Position numbers and translations under genes: made by a program
Notes under the pieces: generated by a model
What the model was told of the DNA's origin: nothing
Database searches by the model: none
The model's input: only the letters and a program-made list of their open reading frames with translations
Assembly: GCA_032718475.1 (NCBI GenBank)
Contig: JAUCBJ010008062.1
Coordinates: 1 to 64,000, forward strand
Source: Nemertoderma westbladi
Lineage: Eukaryota > Animalia > Xenacoelomorpha
Direction of reading: 5' to 3'
Length of the DNA: 64,000 nucleotides
Shown here: one piece after another, positions 1 to 13,099 of the stretch
Numbering within the stretch: the first letter of the stretch is position 1
Layout of the letters: each line of letters begins with the position of its first letter

Positions 1-1802
1 ACGGGATTACATAAAAATCCAGGAGTCTCACTGTATTGATACTGTAGGCCAGTGGTACTATATGGGAAATATTGTCCCTCGTCATATAAGTTTTGTCCCC
101 CCATGGTAAATGATGGGACGTGAGATATATTATGGGTATTGTATCGCGCAGAAGAGGCAAACTTGGGGCGCCTCTCTTGTGCAGATTGACCCGGAACATT
201 GATGGGACATGATGGGACACTTTGACCTATGGGGTGGGAAGGGTGGGGGAATTGTCCCCCTATGGGGTATGTTGAAACATATATAGATGGACATGTAAGG
301 CTATTTACATCAAGAGATGTAAATGCCACAGGCTCCTCTTGACTATATTGTTCCCGGCTGGTAGTAAGATAGGATGGGACATATTGTCCTCCAGAAGTAT
401 AGGATGAATAAATGCATTGTCCGGCCGAGGAACTTCTAGGATATCTCTGAGAATACTGACTTAAGGAAGATGCAGTATTAAAAAGCGATGTTGGGGGTAT
501 AAAGAGACCAGTTGTACAAAAATTACCTAGTGGGATAATTTCAGAAACTCTACTATTAATTAGCGCACTAGTAGGTCTTATAGGAGACGTAAGAGAAAAA
601 ATTGGAAGTTGAGATGACACTACTGACGTTGTTTCTACAGTGACAGGGTAGGAATGAGATTGACTAGACTGCAGATTATTTTGTGCTGATTCATAGGAAT
701 CTGAGGCACTCACATTAACAGGTAGGCCCGTGGTTGCTATGGCAACAGGGTCGACTGGAGACTCTGATTGGATCCTTGTATTAACAGTCACATTATTGTT
801 AAGATTACTTTCAGTTTGTACACCAATTGGTACGTCATACGTGGGAGATCTTTTTGGTGATTGTAATAGCGCAGAAGCTACATAATCTGCTTCTGCTTCT
901 CCAAATTCAGGTGATTTCAACTCTAAAGCTTCTTCAAGTGCTGCAAGTGCAAGAGCATCGCGTAGGCCACGTTCCTTTGCCAAGCGAGTAATTTCTTTCT
1001 GTTGCCGCTCTGATTTTTGTATTAGCCGCTCTGATTTTTGTAATAACAATGTGTCAGCCCGATCTGCCTGAGCAGCTGCTCCTGACTGCTCGAGCTGTAG
1101 CAGAAGTAATTTTCGCTTGACTTTGGCACGATGAACTCGAACTGATGCGCTCGTAGAAGCTCGAGAATGTGCTGTAGAGCCAGAGTGAGTTGAAATTGTT
1201 CGATTACGTTTGAGCTCGCCAACTTGCAATTGTTCATGAGATGATACATACTGTGGAACATCTGAAGACACAACTACAATAGGTATGGCGTTACTCCGAC
1301 ATGTCTGGGTCTGAGTCACGGTCTGCTCATTGCTATTAATATATTCGCGAATGTCATTGAGTTTAGATTCAAGGTCTGACAGTACAGTTACTGATTGTGC
1401 AGCTAGCTCACGTGACACATCAGAAAAACCAAATCTTTCGAAATCGAAAGTTGATTTTTCATAGTGACTACACAAAGATTTGTATACATTAATACAAGAA
1501 TTAAATATAGAATCGATATTAGTAGGGTCGAATGTAGCAGACCTTTGAATGGTAAACTCATTGAAACGTCGTGTAAAATGAGCCTTATAACCAGCAATCG
1601 TTCTCTTTACGTGAGTTAGATTAGGTACTGAACTCTCACTAGACATTTCTACGGTAGGATTTACAACAGATGCAACAGGAGTTGGTGAGATAACGTTTTC
1701 AATACGTGTAGATGTAAGAGGTGACTTACCAGACTGTGTGGATACATCAGATTCCGAAGCTGAATGAATTTCGTCGTCCATTTGAACACCTTTGTTGTCC
1801 AT
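1..1802 (-). mobile_element. BEL/Pao-like LTR retrotransposon gag(-pol) ORF, N-terminal ~600 aa, continuing beyond the window start
   Basis: Hand translation from ATG at 1802 (MDNKGVQMDDEIHSASESDV...) is open over 1802-~830 and 240-1 in the same frame; the middle was not fully checked. It is absent from the ORF track, consistent with having no stop in the window. It contains KRTIAGYKAHFTRRFNEF and a Ser-rich segment followed by a coiled coil (STHSGSTAHSRASTSASVRVHRAKVKRKLLLLQLEQ), typical of BEL/Pao gag N-termini. No pol domains lie in the window. Confidence 0.6.
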
Positions 1803-2381
1803 ATTTGTATCCAAATTAAATAAAGGTGTCGTCTTCAAAATTAAAGTCTAGCTACGGTAGTTAGAATCGCCTAAATAGACTGTAATACATACCAACTTGG
1901 CTACAAAAGCTTAGTAACGTGGTATAGTAAAGAATTACTAAGAAATAAAATAATTAATATTCAATTTAATTTATTTATTTATAATTGTAAATTTCATAGA
2001 GTTTTATTTGAGTTTTCCCAAACTGTAAGAGCGGTTTCTATGCTCTTGTGTATAAAACAATAAGATGATCTATGTGATTGTAATATGTTCAACTATAGTT
2101 GGATTTCACCCAGTTTACACGGTTACGTCCCATAAAGAAGAATAATTTGTTTATTTGATTGGGAATTAGGAGCATATTTATTATAGAAAATATATAAGAT
2201 AATAATATACGATTATAAGCGGTAAGGGGTAATAAGATAACGGAAACATAAGAACATTAATACATAATAAGAGATCTAATAATATAAACGTAAAATATCG
2301 TAAGAGTCAAGAATACAAAGTAATAAAGAGTGTTAATAGGGGGAGTTTCCGTTTGGGAAACTGCGGAATGAGACCAACTAT

Positions 2382-2819
2382 TGTGAATGAATAATGTTGA
2401 GCTCGGTAAGCTGTAGAAATACAGTGAAGTAATAATAGGGGTGACAGTGTGGTGGGCCTTGATTGGTTAATGGGTAATAAAGGATTGTAGCGCAGTGGAG
2501 ATACCTACCTAATATAGCTAAACAGGAGTGCAGGGAAGAATACAGCTGTTTATCTGTATAGGATAAACGGCTGTGAATGGGGGCAGCCACTAATGGTCGA
2601 ATGAGTATATTGGAGATGAGATACTGTAGATATTGGTTTGCAACAATAAGCTGGGAGAATGGGCGGTAATGTAATGATAATATATTTTTTATTGTTTGAG
2701 AGAGACCCGCCACTACATGTGTAGCACGTGTTAACGTTGCCTCTACCCACAAAGGTTAAAATGGCACAAAATATTTTTACTTAAGCTAAGATAAAGATAG
2801 GCCTAATGCTCACTTGACA
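2382..2819 (-). mobile_element. Candidate 5' LTR of the BEL/Pao-like element
   Basis: On the minus strand it begins TGTCAAGTGA and ends TCATTCACA (TG...CA, imperfect inverted termini), contains AATAAA, and is followed 5 nt later by TGG (PBS-like, 2376-2374) upstream of the gag ORF. The second LTR is not in the window. Confidence 0.35.
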
Positions 2820-3007
2820 AACGCGTGACGAATCTCCGGAGTATAGGTCGGTATACCTTTTAAAGTACATTACTGTATGTACCACATACAGTTACTTCCT
2901 ATGAGTACTTCTGTATTAAATAGGCCTACATGTACTACAGTACCTACTGGTACATAAGGACACACTGAATACTGATACTATTTTTCTGTAGTTCTCAATT
3001 CGTGGTA

Positions 3008-3552
3008 ATGGCTGATTTCGGCAGCGTGTTCGATTGTGAAGTTCGGAGCAAGGCGAATCGTCATCCGATGATACAATTTCATAGTAATCGTTGGCCGAAT
3101 GTTATCGAATATATCATTCTGGACCAAAAAATTACAACGCTACGTATGTACTAGTACTACCGTTGCAAGAATTGCAAAGAATTGAAGAAACACAATCATA
3201 ATCTTGGACCACTCCCTTCATTAATTGCTCGAAATGTTGTAATCGTTACAGATCCCGATTATAAAGTCTCCAACCATTATTGTGCCCCTGTTCCATTAAA
3301 CAAGGTGCGTGCTTTACGTGTCATTCGGCATAGTACGAGATGACATTACAATCCGGAAAGAAACCGATACGAGCGTACCAGGATGGAATCAATCTAATTT
3401 CGGAGAAATTTTCGAACCTGAATGAGGCCGACCGCGAGGCGATTGAAAACGTTGTTTCAAATTATAGAACGGTTATTCGAAGCCTCGAGGTTAATAAGAA
3501 CAAGGATATACCACATGTCAATGATCTCGGAAACATACCAGACCAAGTGTAA
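3008..3552 (+). pseudogene. Degenerate Mutator-like (MULE) transposase N-terminal fragment with Zn-finger
   Basis: MADFGSVF...RMY*YYRCKNCKELKKHNHNLGPLPSL...DPDYKVSNHYC (C-x2-C...H-x-C), then a frameshift into SGKKPIRAYQDG...NYRTVIRSLEVNKNKDIPHVNDLGNIPD. This resembles the region preceding the MULE DDE domain. One in-frame stop and one frameshift. Confidence 0.5.
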
Positions 3553-3639
3553 TTGCTATTACAAATAATACAGCAAATAGTAAATACAGTAAATATTGTA
3601 AATATAGTAAATACAGTCGCATCCATTGGACTACTGTAA

Positions 3640-4686
3640 GTTCGTATCCATTGGAACTAAATTCGCATGCATTGGAACTAAATTCGCATCCATTTGGAAC
3701 TAAATTCGCTTGCATTGGAACTAAATTTGCATGCATTGGAACTAAATTCGCATGCATTGGAACTAAATTCGCATGCATTGGAACTAAGTTCGCATCCATT
3801 GGAACTAAATTCGCATGCATTGGAACTAAGTTCGCATCCATTGGAACTAAATTCGCATGCATTGGAACTAAATTCGCATGCATTGGAACTAAGTTCGCAT
3901 CCATTTGGAACTAATTTCACATCCATTTGGAACTAAGTTCGCATCCATTTGGAACTAAATTCGCATGCATTGGAACTAAATTCGCTTGCATTGGAACTAA
4001 ATTCCCATCCATTTGGAACTAAATTTGCATCCATTGGAACTTAATTCGGTTGCATTGGAACTAAGTTCGCATCCATTGGAACTAAATTCGCATGCATTGA
4101 AACTAAATTTGCATCCATTGGAACTAAATTCGCTTGCATTGTAACTAAATTCGCATGCATTGGAACTAAGTTCGCATCCATTTGGAACTAAATTCGCATC
4201 CATTTGGAACTAAATTCGCATCCATTTGGAACTAAATTCGCTTCCATTGGAACTAAATTCGCATCCATTTGGAACTAAATTCGCATCCATTGGAACCAAA
4301 TTCGCTGCATTGGAACTAAATTCGCTTGCATTGCAACTAAATTAGCATGCATTGGAACTAAATTCGCATCCATTGGAACTAAATTCGCGCCATTGGAACT
4401 AAATTCGCTTGCATTGGAACTAAGTTCGCATCCATTGGAACTAAATTCGCTCCATTGGAACTAAATTCGCATGCATTGGAACTAAGTTCGCATCCATTTG
4501 GAACTAATTTCACATCCATTGGAACTAAATTCGCTCCATTGGAACTAAATTCGCATGCATTGGAACTAAGTTCGCATCGATTGGAACTAAATTCGCTTGC
4601 ATTGGAACTAAATTCGCATCCATTGGAACTAAGTTCGTTTTCGTTTTTCTCTAGTTATTGGAACTAAGTTCGCCTAAATTGGAACG
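3640..4686 (+). repeat. 21-bp tandem array (CATTGGAACTAAATTCGCATG/CC variants)
   Basis: Directly visible; explains the ELNSHAL/ANLVPMH pseudo-ORFs. Confidence 0.95.
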
Positions 4687-5953
4687 GTAGCACGAACTTA
4701 GTTCCAATCGCACATTTTCAAAGGAGAATTTTGTTCCAATTGAAACGAATTTAGTTCCAAAGTAAATTTTAAAAAGCGAACTTGTTCCAATCGAGGCGAA
4801 CTTAGTTCCAATCCCAGAATATCAAAACGAACATAGTTCCAATGGATGCGAATTTAGTTCCAATGCATGCGAACTTAGTTCCAATGGATTCGAATTTAGT
4901 TCCAATGCATGCGAATTTAGTTCCAATGGAAGCGAATTTAGTTCCAATGGATGCGAATTTAGTTCCAATGGAAGCGAATTTAGTTCCAATGGATGCGAAT
5001 TTAGTTCCAATGGATGCGAATTTAGTTCCAATGGATTCGAATTTAGTTCCAATGCATGCGAATTTAGTTCCAATGGATGCGAATTTAGTTCCAATGCATG
5101 CGAACTTAGTTCCAATGGATGCGAATTTAGTTCAAATGTTTCAATTGTGGGGACAGCCACGTAGTAGGCGGAGCCTATTGCGTATTGCCACTATTTGGGG
5201 TGGGTCAGGGTCAACAATAATTGTAAATAATTGTAAAACCCTTCTATCAAACGAATTATTATTAATGAATTAAATGTATAATTACACATTTTGAAATATA
5301 TATTAATTAATCTGATACTGACTGACTGAGTCTGTAGTATTATTTACTCAAAACATGTATGTACATTGTGCCATTTTCCCACCAAATGGCAAATACAATA
5401 TTTACCAGTTGTTTCGGTTTGGGGGATGGGCGTTGTTCCGGTTAGGAGCTTGGGCGTTGTTTTTTTACAATGAATATCATTTTAAATGATGAAATATAAA
5501 TGAATTTAATTGAATTGTTTGGGTTAAGAGGTTGGGCGTTGTTTGGGATAAGATTGTTTTGGTTAGGAGGTTGGGCGTTTTGGGCTAGTTATTTACAATT
5601 ATTATTTAACCATCCACCTAATAGTGTCATTAAACATAGATTCTTCGCCAACTACGTGGCTCGCCCCATACCTGAAACATTGGAACTAAATTCGCTTCCA
5701 TTGGAACTAAATTCGCTTCCATTGGAACTAAATTCGCATCCATTGGAACTAAATTCGCATCGATTGGAACTAAATTCGCTTGCATTGGAACTATGTTCGC
5801 ATCCATTGGAACTAAATTCGTTTTCGTTTTTCTCTAGTTATTGGAACTAAGTTCGCCTAAGTTGGAACTAAATTCGCCAAAATTGGAACTAAATTCGTTT
5901 CCATTGGAACTAAATTCGCATGAGGCTTAAATTGGAACTAAGTACGGGGAATC
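4687..5953. mobile_element. Foldback-like structure: inverted 21-bp arrays (4692-5133 minus, 5677-5943 plus) around a ~470-bp spacer
   Basis: The arrays face each other. The inner junctions 5130-5175 and 5643-5690 are reverse complements (CGCCxACTACGTGGCTxxCCCCA...TGAAACATT.GAACTAAATTCG). No TSD found. Confidence 0.6.
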
Positions 5954-6045
5954 ATACAAAAGGGATGGTGTCATATAATTATACTAAAGGTAATGTAATT
6001 AATTATGGAAGTATTGGCCCGTTACGTAAGTCATGTAAGTCCGTT

Positions 6046-7600
6046 ACGTTACGGTCTCTGGTTGGTTACGGTCTCTGGTTGGTTACGGTGTCTGGTTGGT
6101 TACGGTGTCTGGTTGGTTACGGTGTCTGGTTGGTTACGGTGTCTGGTTGGTTACGGTGTCTGGTTGGTTACGGTCTCTGGTTGGTTACGGTGTCTGGTTG
6201 GTTACGGTCTCTGGTTGGTTACGGTGTCTGGTTGGTTACGGTGTCTGGTTGGTTACGGTGTCTGGTTGGTTACGGTGTCTGGTTGGTTACGGTCTCTGGT
6301 TGGTTACGGTCTCTGGTTGGTTACGGTGTCTGGTTGGTTACGGTCTCTGGTTGGTTACGGTGTCTGGTTGGTTACGGTCTCTGGTTGGTTACGGTCTCTG
6401 GTTGGTTACGGTGTCTGGTTGGTTACGGTCTCTGGTTGGTTACGGTGTCTGGTTGGTTAAGGTCTCTGGTTGGTTACGGTGTCTGGTTGGTTACGGTCTC
6501 TGGTTGGTTACGGTCTCTGGTTGGTTACGGTTTCTGGTTGGTTACGGTGTCTGGTTGGTTACGGTCTCTGGTTGGTTACGGTCTCTGGTTGGTTACGGTG
6601 TCTGGTTGGTTACGGTCTCTGGTTGGTTACGATGTCTGGTTGGTTACGGTCTCTGGTTGGTTACGGTCTCTGGTTGGTTACGGTCTCTGGTTGGTTACGG
6701 TGTCTGGTTGGTTACGGTCTCTGGTTGGTTACGGTCTCTGGTTGGTTACGGTGTCTGGTTGGTTACGGTCTCTGGTTGGTTACGGTGTCTGGTTGGTCAC
6801 GATGTCTGGTTGGTTACGGTGTCTGGTTGGTTACGGTCTCTGGTTGGTTGCGGTCTCTGGTTGGTTGCGGTTTCTGGTTGGTTACGGTTTCTGGTTGGTT
6901 ACGGTCTCTGGTTGGTTACGGTCTCTGGTTGGTTACGGTCTCTGGTTGGTTACGGTCTCTGGTTGGTTACGGTCTCTGGTTGGTTACGGTCTCTGGTTGG
7001 TTACGGTCTCTGGTTGGTTACGGTCTCTGGTTGGTTACGGTTTCTGGTTGGTTACGGTCTCTGGTTGGTTACGGTGTCTGGTTGGTTACGGTCTCTGGTT
7101 GGTTACGGTGTCTGGTTGGTTACGGTCTCTGGTTGGTTGCGGTTTCTGGTTGGTTGCGGTTTCTGGTTGGTTGCGGTGTCTGGTTAGTTACGGTCTCTGG
7201 TTGGTTACGGTGTCTGGTTGGTTACGGTCTCTGGTTGGTTACGGTCTCTGGTTGGTTACGGTCTCTGGTTGGTTACGGTGTCTGGTTGGTTACGGTGTCT
7301 GGTTGGTTACGGTGTCTGGTTGGTTATGGTGTCTGGTTGGTTACGGTGTCTGGTTGGTTACGGTGTCTGGTTGGTTACGGTCTCTGGTTGGTTACGGTGT
7401 CTGGTTGGTTACGGTGTCTGGTTGGTTACGGTCTCTGGTTGGTTACGGTGTCTGATTGGTTGCGGTGTCTGGTTGGTTACGGTGTCTTGTTGGTTACGGT
7501 GTCTGGTTGGTTGCGGTGTCTGGTTGGTTACGGTGTCTGGTTGGTTGCGGTGTCTGGTTGGTTACGGTGTCTGGTTGGTTACGGTGTCTGGTTGGTTACG
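6046..7600 (+). repeat. 17-bp G/T-rich minisatellite TGGTTGGTTACGGT(G/C)TC, ~90 copies
   Basis: Directly visible; the 17-aa period of the pseudo-ORFs equals 3 x 17 nt. Confidence 0.97.
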
Positions 7601-8014
7601 AATTCTATCCTTGACTGGTTTCAGTAGGTCGGATTCGTTGTATTTGAGAAATTCCATCGGGATCTCACAAGCTGAATAATTAGCTTCCTTACACATTTTA
7701 AGAACTTTAACCAAGGGAATTTCAGGATAATCTAATTTTAATAATTTTTCAACATAATATGCTTCCTAGACGATAGAACCCAATGTGATAAAGGATCAAG
7801 TAAACATACAGTAGGCCTACATCGGTGGGAGATGCTTCCTTATACAGTTTACATGGCTGTATAACTACGAACTCCGTAATAGCAGACACTACACAGACAT
7901 GCATCAAAAATTCGTCGTTTCCATGGGAAAGGTGCAAAAAAATTATTTGAGCAAACAATGTTAAACTTATTAATGTACAGTAGTACCTACGCACTTTATT
8001 TTATATAAGTTTAA

Positions 8015-8929
8015 AGGGGGGGGGGGGGGGGGGGGGGGGGGGTAGCATCCCACTATTTTGGAAATTGTCAAAAAAAAAACTTTTTTTTCCTTTCATGTGC
8101 CGAATTTAATGGAGATTTCATATCTGCAAGTAGTTTTCTCATATCTTTTCCAAAATTCAAGTTAAGAGCAAAAACGTAATAGCTAGTATGATTTTTGACA
8201 AACCTTCGAGCAGTATGATATTTTACAATTAAAAAATGGCCTTTTCATAAAAAAAGGCTCTCGTGGTATACTGTAGATATGAATAAAATTACTAAAAAGT
8301 TATTTTATTAGTTTGGCGTTTATTCATTAACTGTTTGGCGAGCATGGAAAATTTAGTTGAATTTCATTCATTTTTTGACAAAGTCATTGTTGAACAAAGA
8401 AAAATTTTATTATCTAAAATATCGGGAAGGTTTGAATTGTTCCTTAAACTTTCAGAATGACGTTTTTTCATGAAAAAGGCTATTTCTCCGCTAATTTTAA
8501 CTGAAATGAGTTGAAATTTGGTACACTTCTTCAGAATACACTTTTCCATAATTCTTCTGAACTAATTTGGCTGGAAATGCCTTGGAGTCCTTTTTCATCA
8601 AAAAGGCCCAAAATATACACTTTTTTGGGCCTTTTTGGTCTAAAGTGGCCACAAACGATTTTCAGTTAAAAAGTTGGGAAGAATTGGATGCAATAAGGGT
8701 TCGGTTTCTGAACTTATATTCTAAATTTCGACAAATTCCAACAAATATTGGTGGAGATGTAGCTTTTGGTGCAAAAAGGCATTTTTTGCCATTTTGGGGC
8801 CAATTTGAAAAATATTTGGTTTGGCTATTCTTAAACAAACCCAGACGATGTTTACCACCCAATTTTAGGGTCAAGAGACACCAAAATGTAAGGTTACATT
8901 CGGGGACGCTACCCCCCCCCCCCCCTCCC
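8015..8929. mobile_element. Non-autonomous Kolobok-like DNA transposon (TTAA TSD, poly-G/poly-C TIRs)
   Basis: TTAA|AGGG(n)GGTAGC ... GCTACC(n)CTCCC|TTAA, with TTAA at 8011-8014 and 8930-8933. Purine-starting termini with TTAA TSD fit Kolobok. Confidence 0.7.
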
Positions 8930-10559
8930 TTAAAACAGATATTACTGTACCCTACCATTTGATGTAAAAAAAAAAAAAGAACGTAAATGTACAAAGAATC
9001 GCGCACAGAAAAATTAACTTTCTGTATAATTAACGAACTCTATTACAAAAATTTTTTAAGGCATTTATTTTGTATACAAATGGCATTATGGCGGTTAGTA
9101 GGCCCTACAGTAGCTAAAATCAAATACTGTACAAAAGTAAATAAATTATACCCAAAAACCCATCCACCGCAACTGCATCCAAAATCACAGTTATTCTATA
9201 TTTTATAAATAAATAAACAAAAATGCACAATACTAGGCCTGCTGCTATAATGAGCACTAGCTTTTAAATTTTTTTCAAATTTTCTTTTTCTATTTCTTCT
9301 AGAGCTGATTTTTATCAAGATTCCAAATAGATCTGTCTTACTTCTCGAGATATGGCTTTCTGTCCGTTTTACTGTCTGTCTGTCCGTCAGTATGTCTCCA
9401 ATACAATAGAAAACATACTGTCTGTCTAAAAAATTTCGTATATGGGTTTTGTTAGTCCGTGCCTTAATTTCTTATGTCAGTATTCAAATTTATACTCGTT
9501 TTTTTCTAACTGTATGCCTGTCAGTCTGTCTGTCAAAATATATAACCGACAGCCAGGACAGTCAAACAGACAATTTGGAAGTCATCAAATGTTAAATCTG
9601 ACACGCGAAATGAATTCCGTGACCAGGAAAACCCCAATAACTACACTTTATGAGCCTAAAAGATTCTCCCATTCATTATTCAACTCGTTCTCAATATCAA
9701 CCAGTCGAGTTGGGTCTTCTTGAACATATTTTAGCAAACCTGGATTCCATCTCTATTCATAATAATGCGAATGTCAGATGATAATGCATCTGATTGCGAT
9801 TGTATTGACTCATTTGCAGCAGTTAACAACAATTCCAATTTACTGTAGCAACTTTTTTAGTAAGGTCATATTTCTCGACTGACCAACAGCGAAAACACAA
9901 CAGGTAAAATAGGTAAAGGTTGTCTTCCATCTTCCATGTAATCTTTGTGCTCCGACCAGGTTGACTGGCAAAGATAACACCTTACTTATTTACCCTTAAT
10001 TGACCCCCAGTTAACACTTTTTGAACTGGCACTACACTACGTCTTATACTACTTAGTCAATGATAAAGATGGTAAGGTTGCCAGCCCCATTCATTGAGGT
10101 GCCTTCTTAGATCTACTATAGGCCTACCGGTATGGATCTGCAACTGGATCTCCGTGTTTGTAAGAATTTATGATAAACTGCTGGATAGCTCCACCAAATA
10201 ATAGCAATTATTGGTACAAAATTTCAAATGGATTTGGAACCGAGGTGAGACCTTTCAATGCATAAGGGGAAGCATGGAATGGATGGGCTTTCCATTTGCA
10301 GGATTTGTAAGTTGCATATAATTCATCGGAAACTTCAAGCAAAAAAAGGTTGGGTTATTTAGAGCAGCAGTAGAACCAGTACAGCTGCGTATCCATGGTG
10401 GGCTATAAGTATTGGAGGTGACTCATTAATCCCAGAGCCTTGAACAGAGCCCTACCTACTGTACACTACAGAATTACTCGACATCCCTGGTGAGGTCTAT
10501 TCCGTGCAGAAACAGGATATTGTGCTTTGGTTCCTCATCCCCATGTGGAGAATAAACAT

Positions 10560-10675
10560 GATGGGCAGCCGATGATATTCTTGAGACGCCTCTAAAAGGA
10601 CACTGACCTTGAAGATGCGGATAATTTAGCGAAAGTCATGGGGGATAGGAAGTTGTGGCGGCAACTTTGTCGATA
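10560..10675 (+). mobile_element. Short RTE-like LINE 3' fragment
   Basis: Similar to 12500-12620 and to the reverse complement of 21530-21635. Confidence 0.7.
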
Positions 10676-12204
10676 ATTTATATATTTTTGAAATCTACAA
10701 TATTACATAGTAACATATTACATGGTAACACCCCTGAAAAATGTATTGTATGTATTAATTAATTACAACAGAAAAATCGTCCATGTGTAGAACACCAGGT
10801 TTTCATTTATCCGTATTTAGTTGTTTTTTTATACTGTAGCGCTTATTTCTATCCTATAACCTATACAGATACTAATTCGTTTACTGTTTTGGTTAGTTTC
10901 AGCACTTCTGTATTTAACCTGATTTTTCCCTGGTATAAGTAACTCCGCAAAATATAACTTAAGAATCGCCAACAGAAACATATTTGTATAGATTACACAA
11001 TCCAGATGGTCAAAAACACAAACACGTATGTTTTACAATATTAATTAGAATCCATTCAATCTTCCAATGTTTTAGCGCTGGCAAGTTTATACAAATATCT
11101 TGAAAAGTGCAAACAATAGGCCCACTGTAGCTGAGGTGCTGCAACCCATGTAATATCGATGGAGTCACTTTACTGTATCGAAATAATGGGAAACAAAATA
11201 AAATTCTCTCCCACCCTATTGTTGACAATGATCTTTGTTTCAAATTTGACGACCAATGTTACACAGCACAATTATTCTAGTTAATATTTATTAAAATGCT
11301 TTTAAGGAATCACAGATTTAATATTGGTAACATAATCTGTGATCTTAAAGCACAGTTATGCTAATACTGTATAATAATCATAAACAATTAGATTTAAAAT
11401 TACAATATTAAAAAAAAAATAAAGCTATATACAATTATTAATAGGCCTACTTGTGTACCGGAAATGTGAAAGTATAATCAAATAATGTGCTAGTAAAGAT
11501 AAAATTATTGGGTTTGGAAATTTATGCCATATTCCTTTTCAAATGTGCCACGTTCATAAAAAAGTCAAATTTTCCTTCAAAAGTTTGAAGAATTAATTTA
11601 GAAACAGAAATAGCTCAGCTGTTATCTGCATTATTTGAATTGTTATTGCTGGTGTCTATGTTAACCTCAAGATGGCGCTGAAGTTCAACGCTTCCATTGG
11701 CTCTGAGCTTCTCAGCAGCATAAATATATATGCAGGAATATTTTCACTTGAGCACATCCTATTATATTATTGTAGTCGATTTTGTTGTCTGATGGTTGTA
11801 TAGATTTGTTGACTTTGGTTGAGAATTCAGTAGTAAATTTATGTATACTGTACATTCAAAATATGGATATTATTTTAGCGTATTGGGGATGAATTACTGT
11901 ATGATTTAAAGTTTACCAAAGGGGTTTAGAGCATACAGTACAATCCTAAAAATGGCGTAAATATCGTATGTTTAGGTTAAATTTGTTACGTCTAGTAAAT
12001 CTGTGAACTAAATTATTAGTCACTGTATAAAATAAAATAATCTTTTTTTATATGTTTTTAGTAAAATAAATTAATTTTTGTCGTACAGGCCCACTTCAAT
12101 AAAACTACAAACTGTCTGACATCATGATTTGTTGACAATTTTAATTAATATATTTGGAAGTCACAGATAATTAATTGGAAACTTAAGGTCCAATTATTTG
12201 GAGC

Positions 12205-12677
12205 AGCAGTAGTTCCCTCTATGGGAGCCCCAGCTGGCTCTAACTGCTGAGGACACCAAATCTCTGGATGGCACATTCACAAGAATGCTACGCCGGGTTC
12301 ATTGTGTCAAGTACAATGCACTGCACACATCTCCAACCAGACACTATATAACATTGGCACTATATAACAGGTGTCTCATTGGTTCCCCCAAGCTTGACAC
12401 TGGAACCAAGTCGCCTCCGCTTTGCAGGACATTGCTTTCGCCGTGAGGACCAGCCAGTGCATAATCTTGTACTTTGACAGCCTCATGGAGTGTATAAGCA
12501 TGGTGGACAGCCCATGATTTTCTTGAGACGCATCTTAAAGGACACTGGCCTTGAAGATGCGGATGTTCTAGCAAATGTCATGGGTGATAGGGAGTTGTGG
12601 CGGCGCAATTTTGTCGACAAGCCGGCACAGTATTCTTAAAAAATGCAGCAGCATGCCGATCCTAGTAGTAGTAGTAG
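12205..12677 (+). mobile_element. RTE-like LINE 3' end fragment with (TAG)n tail
   Basis: Frameshifted LDGTFTRMLRRV...RLRFAGHCFRREDQPVHNLVL..., typical of the RTE ORF C-terminus; ends CCTAGTAGTAGTAG. Confidence 0.75.
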
Positions 12678-12750
12678 GCTACCCAGTATATCAAATTTAA
12701 TTATAACATTCGTTGTGCATAGCTTTGCAAAGTCGGCAATGAAACTAGTA

Positions 12751-12825
12751 CTGGCGTCCAGGTGGGATCGAACTGGTGACCTCCGGATTGGAAGTCTGAC
12801 GCTCTAACCATTCAGCTAGCAGCTC
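12751..12825 (-). mobile_element. tRNA-derived SINE head
   Basis: A box TAGCTGAATGG, B box AGTTCGATCC, CTTCCAA loop. The acceptor stem does not pair. Related copies at 13187-13305. Confidence 0.65.
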
Positions 12826-13099
12826 ATGTAAAAGGTGGAATTGGAAATACTACCTGATACCTTATCTCCTCTATTTACCTCCTCATGGCCTCCCATCTGT
12901 CAATACCACCATCATGCAGCCACTCTCTGTGCTCAACCCTACAGTACTTTGGCCGTCTTTAACCACTCACTACAATGAAAGGGTAGTGCATATTAACAAT
13001 GAACCATCACGGCCACAATGATTAATTATACACTCTAGCTACTAATTTAGGTAGGAGAGTTACACCCATAGAGAAATGCATATTTTGATATGGTATATT

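Noticed and set aside
6046-7600. Canonical telomere
   Set aside because: Not TTAGGG/TTAGG-type and flanked by ordinary sequence on both sides.
3518-7679. Long ORFs such as (ELNSHAL)n, (ANLVPMH)n and (WLRCLVGYGVWLVTVSG)n
   Set aside because: Translations of 21- and 17-bp tandem repeats, open in several frames at once; no coding evidence.
12751-12825. tRNA-Gly(TCC) gene
   Set aside because: Acceptor and anticodon stems do not pair properly and diverged copies share downstream sequence, so it is better explained as a SINE head.
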